Positions 50,588 through 63,865 of a stretch of 64,000 bases of DNA are shown one piece after another; the stretch's first letter is position 1; every line of letters starts with the position of its first letter. The DNA is from Trichoplax sp. H2 (taxonomy: Eukaryota), in the NCBI GenBank assembly GCA_003344405.1, contig NOWV01000017.1, forward strand, positions 682,001 through 746,000, given 5' to 3'. The notes beneath the pieces were generated by a model. That model saw only the letters and a program-made list of their open reading frames with translations, did no database searches and was not told the DNA's origin. The position numbers and the translations under genes were made by a program.

Positions 50588-53500
50588 ATGGCTAAAATCA
50601 ATGATAGTTTCTTACTATGCCGTAATAATGCAGCGGAAGATTTTGTCGTTGGCATTGCTCAACATTCATCTCTCAATAGGATTATTGTCACCTATGCTAA
50701 AAAGGGAATCTATGTCTATGATGTAAGTCTCTATCTACTAAATGCTCATCATGCGATATTGTAGTCGTTGTATACTGTAGGGCATGCTTCTAATTTCAAT
50801 TAACTTGGTAGCTAATATTGGCATGTAGTAAACGAATCTGCAATCGATATCTCTTGCATAACTGAGATCAGTATGTTGATCTTATGACTGGCCTATCACC
50901 TTGTTTGTCATTCACATTCGTTGTGGTACAGTTAACCCTAACACAATGCTGTACATATTCGATTGTAAGAGATATATGGTGTTGTTCTTCTAGTTTTACC
51001 AATCTTAGGATAGATAGAAATTTCCATCAGTTAGATATAAAGTAAAAGGATATATTTTATTGTTAAAATCTTACTTGTAACACCATGGTAATGGATGAAA
51101 TTGAACGTGATTATATGTGCAATCTTGCTATAGTATGAAGAAAAAAGTGCCTACAAAAGTTGGTCCGTAGAGCAAAGATACCATGCAACAAATTATGCTG
51201 TCCAAGTAGAAAGTACCAACGATTATTACTGTGTCTTCAATGAAAAGGTTAGGCTGGGTATAGCTGTTATTATCAATATTATAATAAATTAACTCATGAG
51301 CACCAATGAGCGAGCAATAAGTATGGTTTGGAAGTAACACACTCTCAGTAAATGAAGGCTAAATACTCCAACGAGATTATAAAATTATTGAACTACTATG
51401 GAAATTATAATTCAAACAATAACAGTAAAGACTTAACTGCTAGGATAGACCATCGTTACTAGATAATTAATTAATATTCAACGATGACATGTAGTAATAG
51501 CCTACAATAGCATCCGAAAGAATGACTTTATGTTGGCATTTTACATTTCAGGATATTTTCCAGTGGAGCGACCATTGCCCAACATTCGGTGAATTTTCTC
51601 ACATTTCTGTAAGTACGCTTTAAAGTTAGATCTTGATAATATTAAGTATTCAAGTATCAAATTAGCTAGATATACCCTACGTACGGGCGTTAAATTTAAT
51701 CGTTAAATTCGAAATAAGTGATGATATTTCAATTTCATTAGTATTTACTTGGATTAAATAATACTGATTAATTAGCTTATCAGACAAATGTACTGCACGC
51801 GTATTTTAATGCCTATTGATTTGATGTCATAAAGAAATATGCTGAACTAATGCCATTGTTTCCTGCAATTGTATTCGCATGACTTATTAAAATATCTTTA
51901 CGATACTCATAATCATCAAACAACTTGTATAACGCAGGTTGAAAAGCCAGTCTATCGACTTCATGCACCAACAACTACACCCATTGTAACTTTAAACCAG
52001 CCAATTATAATCTCTACGGATGGAACTGTAGCTCTGATGTCATCTAGTAATTCCAATGATACAATGCCCACAACCCGTAAGAGAGCTAAAAGAACAAAAC
52101 CAAAGTGAGTTTAAAATTACCGTGTACATACAACGAACAAGAAATAGCTACGATGTTATAACCTATGTAGTACCAATAGATTAATTTTTGTTCAAAACTG
52201 TGAATTAAAGTGATATACAGGTCGTTTGGAGTTCAATTTGGAGCCAAAAGAATAATTTTTTGTACGTAGGAATAATAACTTGTCGGGTAAGCAAACGATA
52301 GACTTTGAAAATTATCCAATAAATATCTATGAAGAGATAATTTTAATGACATTTTTGTGCTAAACATTTTTATTGCCTAGGACGATGAATACTATCTTAA
52401 TGTCAAAGAATTACAAGATCAAAATCAGTCATTTGTCGATGTTCTGATGGCTAAATTATCAATCGACAAGCAGGTAATTTAGTTAACAACCTATAGCACA
52501 ACTACTAATTGATGATTTCGATTATGTGAACCTTTAGATCCAATAGTTTTCGTACAATGTATGTTAATGATGTAAAATTCTTTGTAACGTTTATACATGT
52601 ACTCTAGTAGATAATGCTAATCTTGTTCTATTCCAATCTTAGACCGATCTTCTAGCGATGGATTACAATTTTTCTCGAAATATCTTAGTCTCCCAATGTA
52701 AGAATTGAATTTTCATTAAAATTGCGATTTTTATAACTCTTTGTTTTGATCTCTGTTAAATTTCTTACTGACTCTTTATCATAGGGTCGGATAAATCATT
52801 ACGCCAAAGTCCGAATATTACTAATCTATTACAAAGTAAAACTTCATTATCAGAGGAAGATAGCCGTATCAATTTACAAGTAGTACAATATAATTCCTTA
52901 TCCGATGTTAAGAAAAGCCAATCTAAGGTAAATTTCTTGCATTGCTGGGTCTGTGTTGATATTAGTACAGCTATAAGATGCAATTACTGTTGGTATAATT
53001 GTCTAGGTATCATTAGCTTTACTTAACTCGCAATATGTTGTCAGTGCCGAGAAGAGCGTTGATGGTGATAACACAGGTATGTACCGGTTTAATTTGAACT
53101 GTGACAATACTGCAAATTTATCCAACCTATCGGATACTGACCATTATATAAATTTATAATTACAGAAGCAATACTGTCGTTATGGGATTTAACATTTGGA
53201 ACTTTGCAATGCCGTCATAACTTATTGGAAAGTCTAAAGCTTGACGAAGATATTGCTCAATCTTCAGATAACACTTTACAAGTAAGTAATGAATGGCCTT
53301 TATGTAGCTTTCTATCTTCACCTATCTGACTACCTTCAAGACACTCCTATACTTGCTTACTAAATACATTAATAACAAGTACTATTAATTTACAGCATGA
53401 TTTTATATTTTTCTACGGTACTCCTTAACAATTACTCTTATTTGTTCTTATAGATTGTGAACATCTCTCCATATTTATTTATCGCTATTGATACCGCTGT

Positions 53501-56215
53501 GATTGTGTGTTATTACGAATGTCAACCAGCTTCATTGTTGTCTGTTTTGGGTATGAAAATGCCTTCAACCAGGTTAGACTGAATTTAACGAAAGTTTATA
53601 TGACAAAGTTTGAAATCGTAGAAAATCGAATATTCTTTTGTAATGTAATAATACTGATTACGCATTAACAAATTGAATTACGGTAGTTCAAGTTTTATAA
53701 GGAAATACGACGTATACTGACAGTACTATGGTTGTATTCTTTTAAATAATAGTGATAGTAACTCTGTATGTACAAATACCATTAATATATCGGATTGGAA
53801 GGGTCACGAGAAGGTATCAGTAGTTTTGATATTTACTACTACTACATGACTAATGATTAGTACTAGCTCTTAAAAGCTACTGTACTCAACTTCATAATGC
53901 TGTCTATTATAGGATCAAAACTTACTACAAGCATGGAATAAGGCAGCTTCTTATTTATCAAATGAAAGTAACGTTAGTATCTATACAATAAGGCTCATAA
54001 ATTTCTTAATTGCTTGAATTTAGTAGTTGAGAGAACAAAGTTATTGATTAAATCTGATACGATAAAGTAATTTAGGGTGAGATGTTAAATTTTATCTATA
54101 TTCATCCTTGCTATGCTGATAATATACACAGTATACGGCCGTGAAAAAATTCGAAAAAGCTGTTGATGAAGTCTTATCTGCTTTGAGTCCTGTAAAGGTA
54201 ATCACGACCAGCATAACCTAACAAGTCTAAAGTGTAGCTGTATAACATCATAAAATGTATGCGTAATATTTCTTTTTTTTCCGTGGATGAAGGGCTATGC
54301 CAAAGCTATGTACTGCAACGCTTTATCTCAATTACTGCATCAGTGCATCGTTATGGAAAAGATTTGGCCAAGAAATGCTTTTATAAAACTTATTCGCGCG
54401 AATGGGATATCATTTAGGTTATGATCCTATTAGTTTTCTCTGAATGGATTATTCTTCTGGTGCAAATGGATTGATTGTTATAAAGCCTAACCTTTATAAT
54501 GCTGTTAAAAACTGATGCCATTTGTTAATTTTTAATTGTAGTGCTTGCCCATCACTCTTTCCGACTATATTCGAAAAAGATGATATGGTATTTGTGATAC
54601 CCCACTCAATATCGGTGATTTTTATTAATTCCTCATTCAAATTTACTACTATTGTAATTGTAGGTTCTGTTTTTACTTGCTGTTAAAAAAATTCGCAACT
54701 TATCAGAAGCTGTTATCGTGAGAGGGATGAAATATATTCTGTTGTAAGTGCAGTGAATGTTACACCCTACCCAATAACCTTAAAAGAAAACTATTAACAA
54801 TCCAGATTTTTAAAAATAAAATGCTCGTATATGTCATGATTGTATTATTCTTGCAAAATCGTGTCTTATTCTACATCATTTAGTCAAGTATCATCAATTA
54901 TTTTATTTTTATTATCGATGAGCCATGGACATGGTAATCTTTTCGTTACAGTTTAGGATAACGAACATTGTCGTAATATTATTGATTGCCGCTGTCTGGA
55001 AATTATTCCGTGTTACGGTTTCTTAATGTCTAAATATGATTATGATCACTTTCAGGGCAAGCGAATCAGTTATTACAGAAGCAGATAAAGAATTAAAGAA
55101 AAACGATGATTCTGAATTGAATGAAACATTAATTGAATTCAACGATATTCAAATCACAAAGCGAAAGGCTGAATACTTGTATCCTGTTATAAAAATTTTA
55201 CTAACCCACCAAGGGTTGCTATATTTCTACGAAATATTAAAATAATGAGCGTGATAGTCCATTTTAATACCTTTCATATTTTCTGCACTCTAATTAAAAA
55301 TATCTGAAATAGGGTTATTTTCTTAATATAAACAATCAGAAATTTGCTCTTGAGGCAGTTAAATAGTCATCTTTATTTTATGAATGAAGAATTGAGGACG
55401 TTCACTGTTCAAGAATGTTTGGTATGATACATTCTAATTCTGATTGATCTTAAATTATTATGGAGTGAATTGTTTCCTATATTTACTGAAGTTAAAATTT
55501 AATGTTTTTAATGGATAGCTTTATGAGTTGGAAAGCAAACTATAGAAAAATGACCGATATAAAATTAAACTTTATGTTATCATTTTTCATTACAGGCTCT
55601 TGTACGATATTTAATATACTTATTGAAGCTGTGTATAGATGACAAAAACCACCGAATGAAAGCTATCAAACAAACCTTGGTTAGAATTATCACATACTTA
55701 CTTTACAGTAAATGATAGTTACTAACGCAGAATGAGAAAATTTTTTGTTCTGTATTGTAACTTTATACATGCCAATAGATGTAGCTGATACTGCATAATC
55801 ATAATATTTATTGATCGTTTAACGTTTTGATTAAATTTTTATAATCCTAGGTTCTAGACTGGATAAATGCACTGTTGGATTCGCATTACATTCAGTTTAC
55901 TTTATCAAAGGATGCACATCAAGTTATTAAGGAATTATTTCAGCTTGTTCAAACGCAAGTAAGCCGTCTAAATTTATTTTTGCCGAGATTCTAATGATAC
56001 CATGTTACTAGTCTGCAAATTTTATCTTTTCTTATATCAAAGGAGAAGCTTCGATGTATACATTAAATTGATGAAATTTATTTTTGTTTTTGTAGATTCA
56101 TATTTACGATAAAATTCATCGCCTACGTGGGTTCTTAGAGTATTTTAGAGGTTCTTTTAGTTTATCCAAGCCAAAACAAATCCAAAATTATTCTATTGAA
56201 GTAATATCATTATAA
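50588..56215 (+). CDS. NOL11: Nucleolar protein 11 (t-UTP/UTP-A component), multi-exon
   Basis: N-terminus MAKINDSFLLC...IIVTYAKKGIYVYD|YEEKSAYKSWSVEQ, then ILSLWDLTFGTLQ, VLDWINALLDSHYIQF and C-terminal YSIEVISL*, matching the NOL11 pattern. Confidence 0.82.
55179..55339 (+). other. Putative U12-type GT-AG intron in NOL11
   Basis: 5' site GTATCCTG; branch-like TTTCTTAAT about 11 nt before the AG, with no polypyrimidine tract. The frame is restored (KAEYL|NLLLRQ). Confidence 0.65.
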
Positions 56216-59200
56216 CCTTGATGTTTAATACTACAGATATTTCAGCGTGCATTTAACTCTACCGGTAGCAGTCATGATACGAGATACTACTCTATAGCTA
56301 TAGCTTTCATAAATTTTTCAAAATTCATACGAGATATTAATATCTTATCAAATAAATGTACTGTATATTGTCTTAAAATGGAGAAGGAACGGTTACATAC
56401 TTTACTCACGTACATTATATCGTATACATTATTAATACGTCTAAGATGTAAAAAATTACACAAATTAATCCGGACACGGAATGTCAGAGGTTATAATGCA
56501 CGGTGTGAAATGTTTATAAGTTGTTATGTATACGAAATTGGAGATACGAAATGAATTTATATAAGTACTTTAGCTATTTTTACAGGTTAGGATGCTTTAC
56601 AGACGTTAAGATAACATGTTATCATTACTGATTGATAAAGTTATCTAATTGACACTTTTTATTTACAAAATGCTGTACATATAATGAATATGAAAATTCC
56701 CATATGCAAAGGACTACATACTACATCAATAGAGATAAATGTGTGATGACCAGTTTAGTTTAGTTTAAATGTTACTGCAATGGAAATGAATATGTCGTAT
56801 AGTTGTTCATGCCTCCAAAAATAACGGAAATTCTTGTAGATGTATGGTTTGCCGTCTAACGATGAATGCATTGAAAAATTTGAAACTAGAAAATTACATT
56901 GCAATTGAGTTATTAGCTATCATAGTATGGGTATTATACTGTTACAAATAGCAATTTAAAAATCAATAATTACTTTCTATATAATAAATCACTGCAGAGT
57001 AGAAAATCGAAACTACTGTATTTTAATTAGTTCCTTTTAACAGATTACGACGACATTAATGTGCTATTAACGTACTACTTGCATAACCTCACAAGTAGAA
57101 GTTCCATTAAAAGGCAATGTTGCTAATTCTAAAATTAATTTTCTGCGTTCTATCAAACATAACTAGCGCAAATACACTTTAGTATTTATAAGCTAGCATC
57201 AACATCTGGAATTTTAGTTTACCGTATCCTTTATTTCCTTTATTCGTGGATATCTTTATCTTGGTCAAATCAGATCATTGTCTAGCTTTTGATGGGCAAG
57301 GCATAGAATGTTAGACAGACTACCTTATAATATTAGGATACCTTTCAAAACGTTGTTGTTTTCAATAATACCCTAAGACGTTAACAAACATCAAGAAATT
57401 ATGTATTGTGAATTAGTTTTTCATAAATAGAGTGCTAGGTAAATAAACCAGTCGTTGGCCCGTCGATATTCCCGTTCTATAAATTATGATCGATAGTTAG
57501 CATAAGATATGACTTGATTTTATCGTTATCGATGTTGTTATTTCTGAATAATTTGTATTGACAAGGATATTCTTTTTATTGCCAATATAGTAAATGTATA
57601 TCGAAAATAATTCTTACATGACAGATTATTTATTTTTAAAAATCTATGAATCAACGATTACGTAGTGGGTTAATTAAGAGATTGCATTACAATCGCTGTA
57701 TAAAAGTTATTGTATCTAACAATCGTCTTGCTTAGTCATTTCTACCTCATTCAATATCTGTATTCAATTAGATTACAATAGCAAAGGCTACATGATAGGA
57801 AATCATTTTTGACAGTGTCAAAGAGTCTGATAAACGCCGATAAACTCTATTTTAGGCGATCCATCATCAGGTAATAGAGTGAAACATAAACTAGTTTCTT
57901 AGATAGTTACTTTATTCGATGGTGTTATTACCATAACATCAGACAATAGTAAAAAAGATATAGATCTAATTATTGCATATAATTAAAAGTAAGCATGGAT
58001 ATGCCTTTTAACAGTAAATATATAATTACAGCGATGGAATAAGACTTGGAAAATATGTATTGATATCTGTGCCGGCAATAGTTATTGGTACTAGTTTGTC
58101 ATGGTCGTAGTTGTAACTCTTGCAGGATAGAATAAGACAATGTATATCAAAGATCCATGGCTAAAATGTGATAAAATGCGATAACATGATAGGTGCAAAA
58201 AAGAATGCTTAGCCAGCATTAATAATTAATTAGTCCAGATGCGTATGGGGAAGGATAAGATAAGAGCTGCACTTTATGTGTAAATAATATGGAAACAAAT
58301 ACTTTGTTCATCATTATCCTAGTTTAAACTTTGAAGCTTAATGTTATCTCTTGGCATAAATTATATAAGAGTATTGAAATTAAAGATGGTCTAAATCGCA
58401 GCTATTCATTAAACGGAGGAGAAAAAAATCAATCTTGTTCATTACCCGTAGTCTACTTATCCGTTATAATATTTATCATGGTGCAAAAATTAACCATACT
58501 AGCAAGATATTCAAAAAAGAGAAATTGTACTTGATCCCTATAAGCACTAACTTTTACTTTATAAATGATCCAATAGAGAATTGATGATAATACATAATAA
58601 AGCTAGATGTAGAAATAAGATGATAACATTAACGACATGGACAAATTTTTAAAATTAAATGATCGAACTCTATTATTCCTAGTAGTAACTTTTGAAATAA
58701 ACTCAGCCAAAAAAAAGTAAGATATCAAAAGAGAAGTAGGTTTAGGATTAGTAAATTGCAATTAAATTAAGAAATGATAGATAATGTGAGGAGAAAAAAT
58801 ATTGTTGGTAGAATATTCAGTATTAAGGATTTTAAAATTAGGGCAATTATATGTTATAGTTTCAATTAAGCCAATCCTATCAACTTTAAAATTATAATCA
58901 TGGCATAGCTCATTGGCGAATTGTCATGAATAATATATTAAATCATTAGTAAGATTAACAATACTTATACTATCGACTAATTGTTTTTTTTTTTAATACA
59001 AGGAGATAATGGTGTGAAAGGGGATCATATGCATTAAAGTATCTGTAAGGCTTTTATAGAATATAAGGAAAAGTCATCAAAGAAGGGAGAGAAAATTTTT
59101 TATAATGTCATAAAATTATTATGAATGAAACTCGAAATAGAAATGAAAGAGATATTGGCAAAGTTTGACTACAGTAGTCATGCTATGCATGTAAATGAAT

Positions 59201-59804
59201 CTGTCGCCAATCAATAATTAAAATGGACTGTATTTTTTTGCTCTCTCTTAGTCGATAGTCGATGAAATAAGTCAAAATGAACTTTGCAATGTGATCCTAT
59301 AAGTTCGATATGGTAAACTAGACATTGGATGTAATTTAATTAACATCCAATACCATACGGAGATTTTATCTATAAAGGGAAACATTTGGGGGTATCCAAC
59401 TTGCTTGCAAGTTGGTTGTTAATTATCATTCCAGATCGAATTTCTAAATCAATAATCTAATCAAGATATCGCGCGCTATATCTTTTTATTTCAATAAGAG
59501 CAGCCATGTTGGATGACAAGACGATATTGCGGAAGAGTTAAAATGAATAAAAAAAATTTACATGATGACATTAGACAGTCATCATCAAAGGATCAACAAG
59601 AAAAAAACAGTGGCAAATCAACGAAAATACAAAACCGTTGATTTACAGTTGATGCTCAATCTTGATCATGTCAAGCAGAATGATCACATAAGAGAGTAAA
59701 ATCAGTGATAGCAAACATGCTTGATGATTATTTTCTATTTCTATACAATGATGCTATCCATTGATTTTGAGTCTACATTAGACGTCGTTAGGATAAAATC
59801 ATGT

Positions 59805-60461
59805 TCAATACGACCACGATAAAGTAGAGAACAATGATGGTAACAGAGCGATGACAAGATACGGATAGAAGTAAGCAGATGTAAAGAATTGCTTAGCATG
59901 ACCGGTCTGATAGATATTTAATAAATTTTCATAACGCTTAATGGAATAGCACTTGCCAGATTGATAACTTTGAACTTGAAATTGTCGACCTTGGCAAAAT
60001 TCACGTCCATTACGATACCAATAATAGATAGGATCACCTTTATAAGTCGCATTGATACATGCATCATAAAGATCTTGACACATATCATCGCAAATGGTTA
60101 ATCGCCGATCGGCGTAGAAATCTTTTTGATCTGGTGCACAGATATAACACATAAGATAAGTTAATGATTGTCGACATTGATCATTAACATTAAATAACGG
60201 TATATTATCGGTAAAGATAGAATCGATTTCAGCTTGATAACAACATGATTGATTACGGAACCAAGAACAGCTGGATAGCTGGGATTGGGGTCGAGCTAAT
60301 CGATTATGAAAATAAGGACAGTATTTGATCGAGGTTGTTGTATTAGTTAAAACAGTTACTTCACACTTTACTTGACGGCTAAATATGATCATCAAGGTTA
60401 GCATGACTATCCAAGCAGTCCATGTTCTAGACCAAATTGCTGTAGTAGAGCTCGATTGCAT
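59805..60461 (-). CDS. Folate receptor/riboflavin-binding protein family Cys-rich secreted protein, likely GPI-anchored (paralog B), intronless
   Basis: 218-aa ORF with a signal peptide, the same 12-Cys pattern as the gene at 32724 (KYC.YF.NRLA, CSWFRNQSCC, LMCYICAPDQ, WYRNGREFC) and a hydrophobic C-terminus. Confidence 0.82.
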   Translation of the reverse strand: MQSSSTTAIWSRTWTAWIVMLTLMIIFSRQVKCEVTVLTNTTTSIKYCPYFHNRLARPQSQLSSCSWFRNQSCCYQAEIDSIFTDNIPLFNVNDQCRQSLTYLMCYICAPDQKDFYADRRLTICDDMCQDLYDACINATYKGDPIYYWYRNGREFCQGRQFQVQSYQSGKCYSIKRYENLLNIYQTGHAKQFFTSAYFYPYLVIALLPSLFSTLSWSY

Positions 60462-62979
60462 TTTGAATGTATTTCCTCGATTGCAATCGAGCGATAACGC
60501 TAGCCCAAAGATAACAACAATAATATTATCAAAGTAATTTTTTTTCGATCAATACACTGTTTATCTAATTTGTTGAGATTGTGGTTAAATCCACGTTACT
60601 GCAGAGTCATCATCGTCTTGTTGGCGTTTTTCTCCCCAATAAGATTATAAGATTATTGCTACCAATAGTTAATAGCTGGTTGATCAAAGTCAGCGATGAG
60701 AATGGAAGAGAGTCTTTAGAAATGCCTAATTAAATCTATTTTAGAAGTTCAAGCCCACTTCTCCCTTCTTGTTGCAGTTCCCCCTCCACCGTGAGGCTGC
60801 GTTTGATAGACGCAGCGATACGGGCTTTCAAAAAGCAGTAAGCGGTAGTAGTACAGTATAACGCTCAAATGAGTGATTGCGCTAGTTGACTAATTTTGAT
60901 TTTTGTCCTGGATTTTCTATAGTGTAGTCTGTCCCATCACAGTTTCTAGTATACAAGGTGTTACCGTGATAGTGATTTTAGCACTTTTATCACGTCTGAG
61001 TCTTTTCCTTGTGACAGTTAGTACCAGGGACTTCGTCGCACTCATGCGTCTTGTCCCACTGTCCGTCCAGTGTAGTTTCTTACAGTCCTGTTATCGTCAA
61101 GGTGGTATTAGCACTGTGCACTGTACACTGTAAAAAGGACAGACCCTGCTCGAGCTGCCTGCAGCAGGAGCAAGGATGCTAAGCGGAGCTCCGCCATAGA
61201 CAACGCAAGGCATCGTAGGAAAGTCTACCAGATACACAACGATAGCTACTTTATCAAAACAGTACTTGGTGAGAAGGTAGTTGATCTAAGCTCAATCAAA
61301 ATGCCGCTAAATCATATATTCGTCGCCATTGAATTCGGACTCAGTCTCTTTTATAGTTAGTAGTACAAGATGGTATTGCAGTAGCATAACACCAAGGGAC
61401 ACACTAGTCTAGGGGGCATGCAAACTACTCTCTTGCAACGTTGGCTTTCACCAGACCCAAGGACTATTACAGCAGTCGACAAAATAGGGTAGGATACCTG
61501 CCCAGGGAAAAGCTGCTACAGCAGAATAGAGATTACAAACTTGTAGCAGGATACTAAATGGAGCTCCACAGTAGACAACATAGAGCAGAAAAGCCCACCC
61601 GATACACAACGACCTCTACTTTAGAAAATGCTCCACATTCTACCACATGGAATATGTTCGAACTGTACAGTATGCGTAGACTCGTAGATGAAGCATAACA
61701 TACTGTTTAATAAACGATGTCTTGAATAGCAATGATAGAATGAATAGCGTATATAGATAGACTTAGTATGCATAGCAATGCCAAGTCATGATCATCAAAC
61801 TCAATAAATAGAATCTTAAAACCATGGACTACTAAATTTACCTTAGTAGTCCATGCTTAGGACGTTAGCTAATGTCCTAAATGATTGGTGTACAAGTATA
61901 GTCAATTAATTGACCAAATTGAGAAAATTTTCATGTTTCCTGTACTTTCGGAGCTAATTCTATGCAAAGAAATAGATACTAGATAACTCAATTTATACTC
62001 ATAATGGAACAGGCATAGAACTAAAAATAAAATCGACTAAAGTATTTACGAAAGTAGTTTATGCCGACTGAATCGCAGTAACTCACATGAGTTATACAGT
62101 ATTATCATCGATATTGCGCTAAGCAATGAGACACATCATCACGGCATACTTGAAAGTCTATTCTGAATAAAGAAATAAGTTACGCATGTTATCTTCTAAT
62201 AAAGTATGTCAGCATGTATTTACAATAACATTGGACCGATACAAATATATTTCAAACCATACAGATCTACTATTGACAACACAAGATTGGATACAAGATA
62301 CTACAAGCATTCCATAAACATCTTAATCTATCTCGATTTTAAAAGTATTACAAGCGTACGCGTACAGTTATACTGTAAAATTCTAACCCAGTCCACAAGA
62401 TATACCGATAACATAATTTGCCTACATTTGTATTCGTATGATGATTGACTTTGCGACACAACTATTACAAAATATATTTCACAGGATGGCTAAAGTAATC
62501 GCACATTTAGCGTCATAAATCCATACAAAATATTAGACGCAGATGCTAGTCAAAACACGCAAAACAATACCAAAAAGTAAGCATCATCGCCAATCGATAA
62601 AAATAGAATTCATAATCTAAATTTCATAATTTGATGACTTGAAGGTTTTCAACTCAGTCTAAATTGAGCGAATGGTACGATGTATTATTTTTACCAGTGT
62701 TAACACTGCACTTTAGCCAAGTTAACATTCTGCAATAACGTAACATTAATAACACAACAGGACAATAAGGACGATTTGAATTCTACAACACGAAATAAAT
62801 TAATGAATATCAATAACTAAAGATAAATGACAGTGGTCATGAATTAGAAAGCCATAGTACCACAAATGTACGTACAGTAAAAAGTTCGCGCTGCACATCA
62901 AAAAAGAGCCGAATTTAGTAATCATTTAATTTACGTTCAACAGCAAAGGGTACACATATTCGATTATACAGTAGCAAGA

Positions 62980-63865
62980 TTATTTAGACTCTTTAGACTT
63001 TTTCTGCTTCTTCTCTTCCTTGATTGGAATGAAATGCTGATAATAAGATTTTGTCATGTCGATCATCATTTCTTGCGTACATTCTGGAAGATCAGACTTT
63101 AAAGAGCCAGGAGAGCCAGCAAAGTAAGTAAAAGGAGGAACCACTGTTTCAGGCGGTAACACGGTATCATCAGCTATAGAGCAGCAATCCTTTAGGATAC
63201 ATCGGCGACCCTATAATGGATTATACCCATTTTATTAGGCAATCGCTGACCGTGATAGTACTGCAAAATATCATAAAATTATATGGGACAACAACAACAA
63301 CTGCATTAACTACTAACAATCAATAAGGTCTAGCCGCTGCTACACCATTGAGCATACAATAAAGTACTTGCTTCTCTTAATCAATAAATTACTCGCATAA
63401 ACGTATAAGATGTGTACTTACTATTACACAATTATTTCCAATATGAACATACGATCCTATCTGCGCTGCATTAATGACAGTGTCTTTACCCACGTATACG
63501 TGATCTCCTACCTGTAATGGGAAAAAGGCAACCCTACCGCATAAAGAAAATTATTTTAAATTAATACGATTCTTCACCTTATGAATTGTGTCCAACGGGC
63601 AAACAGGCATATATATACGCAACCTCATAGTGTATACGTACTCTTCAATGAGCTAATGTATCATAGAGTAAATCAAGCTGCAACGACACTAGCAATTAAT
63701 CCATCTTAACGATAATTATATAATTAATACTTCTAGGCTTGCTAACCCTTTACTAAATTTTTTAAAGGGTGGTCTGATAACAGTTCCTTGAGAAATAACG
63801 CAATGGCGACCAATCCTAACGCTTGCTAAATCGCCTCGAATGATACAATCATCTTGAATGATAGT
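62980..63865 (-). CDS. DCTN5: Dynactin subunit 5 (p25), last three exons; the 5' end lies beyond the window
   Basis: Exons encode [24 protein letters not shown]...[26 protein letters not shown]...[17 protein letters not shown] and [10 protein letters not shown]...[12 protein letters not shown] (left-handed beta-helix hexapeptide repeats). Confidence 0.95.

Noticed and set aside
51719..51768. C/D-box snoRNA (TGATGA...CTGA) in a NOL11 intron
   Set aside because: It is too short (~50 nt), very AT-rich, has no terminal stem, and has no recognisable rRNA guide.
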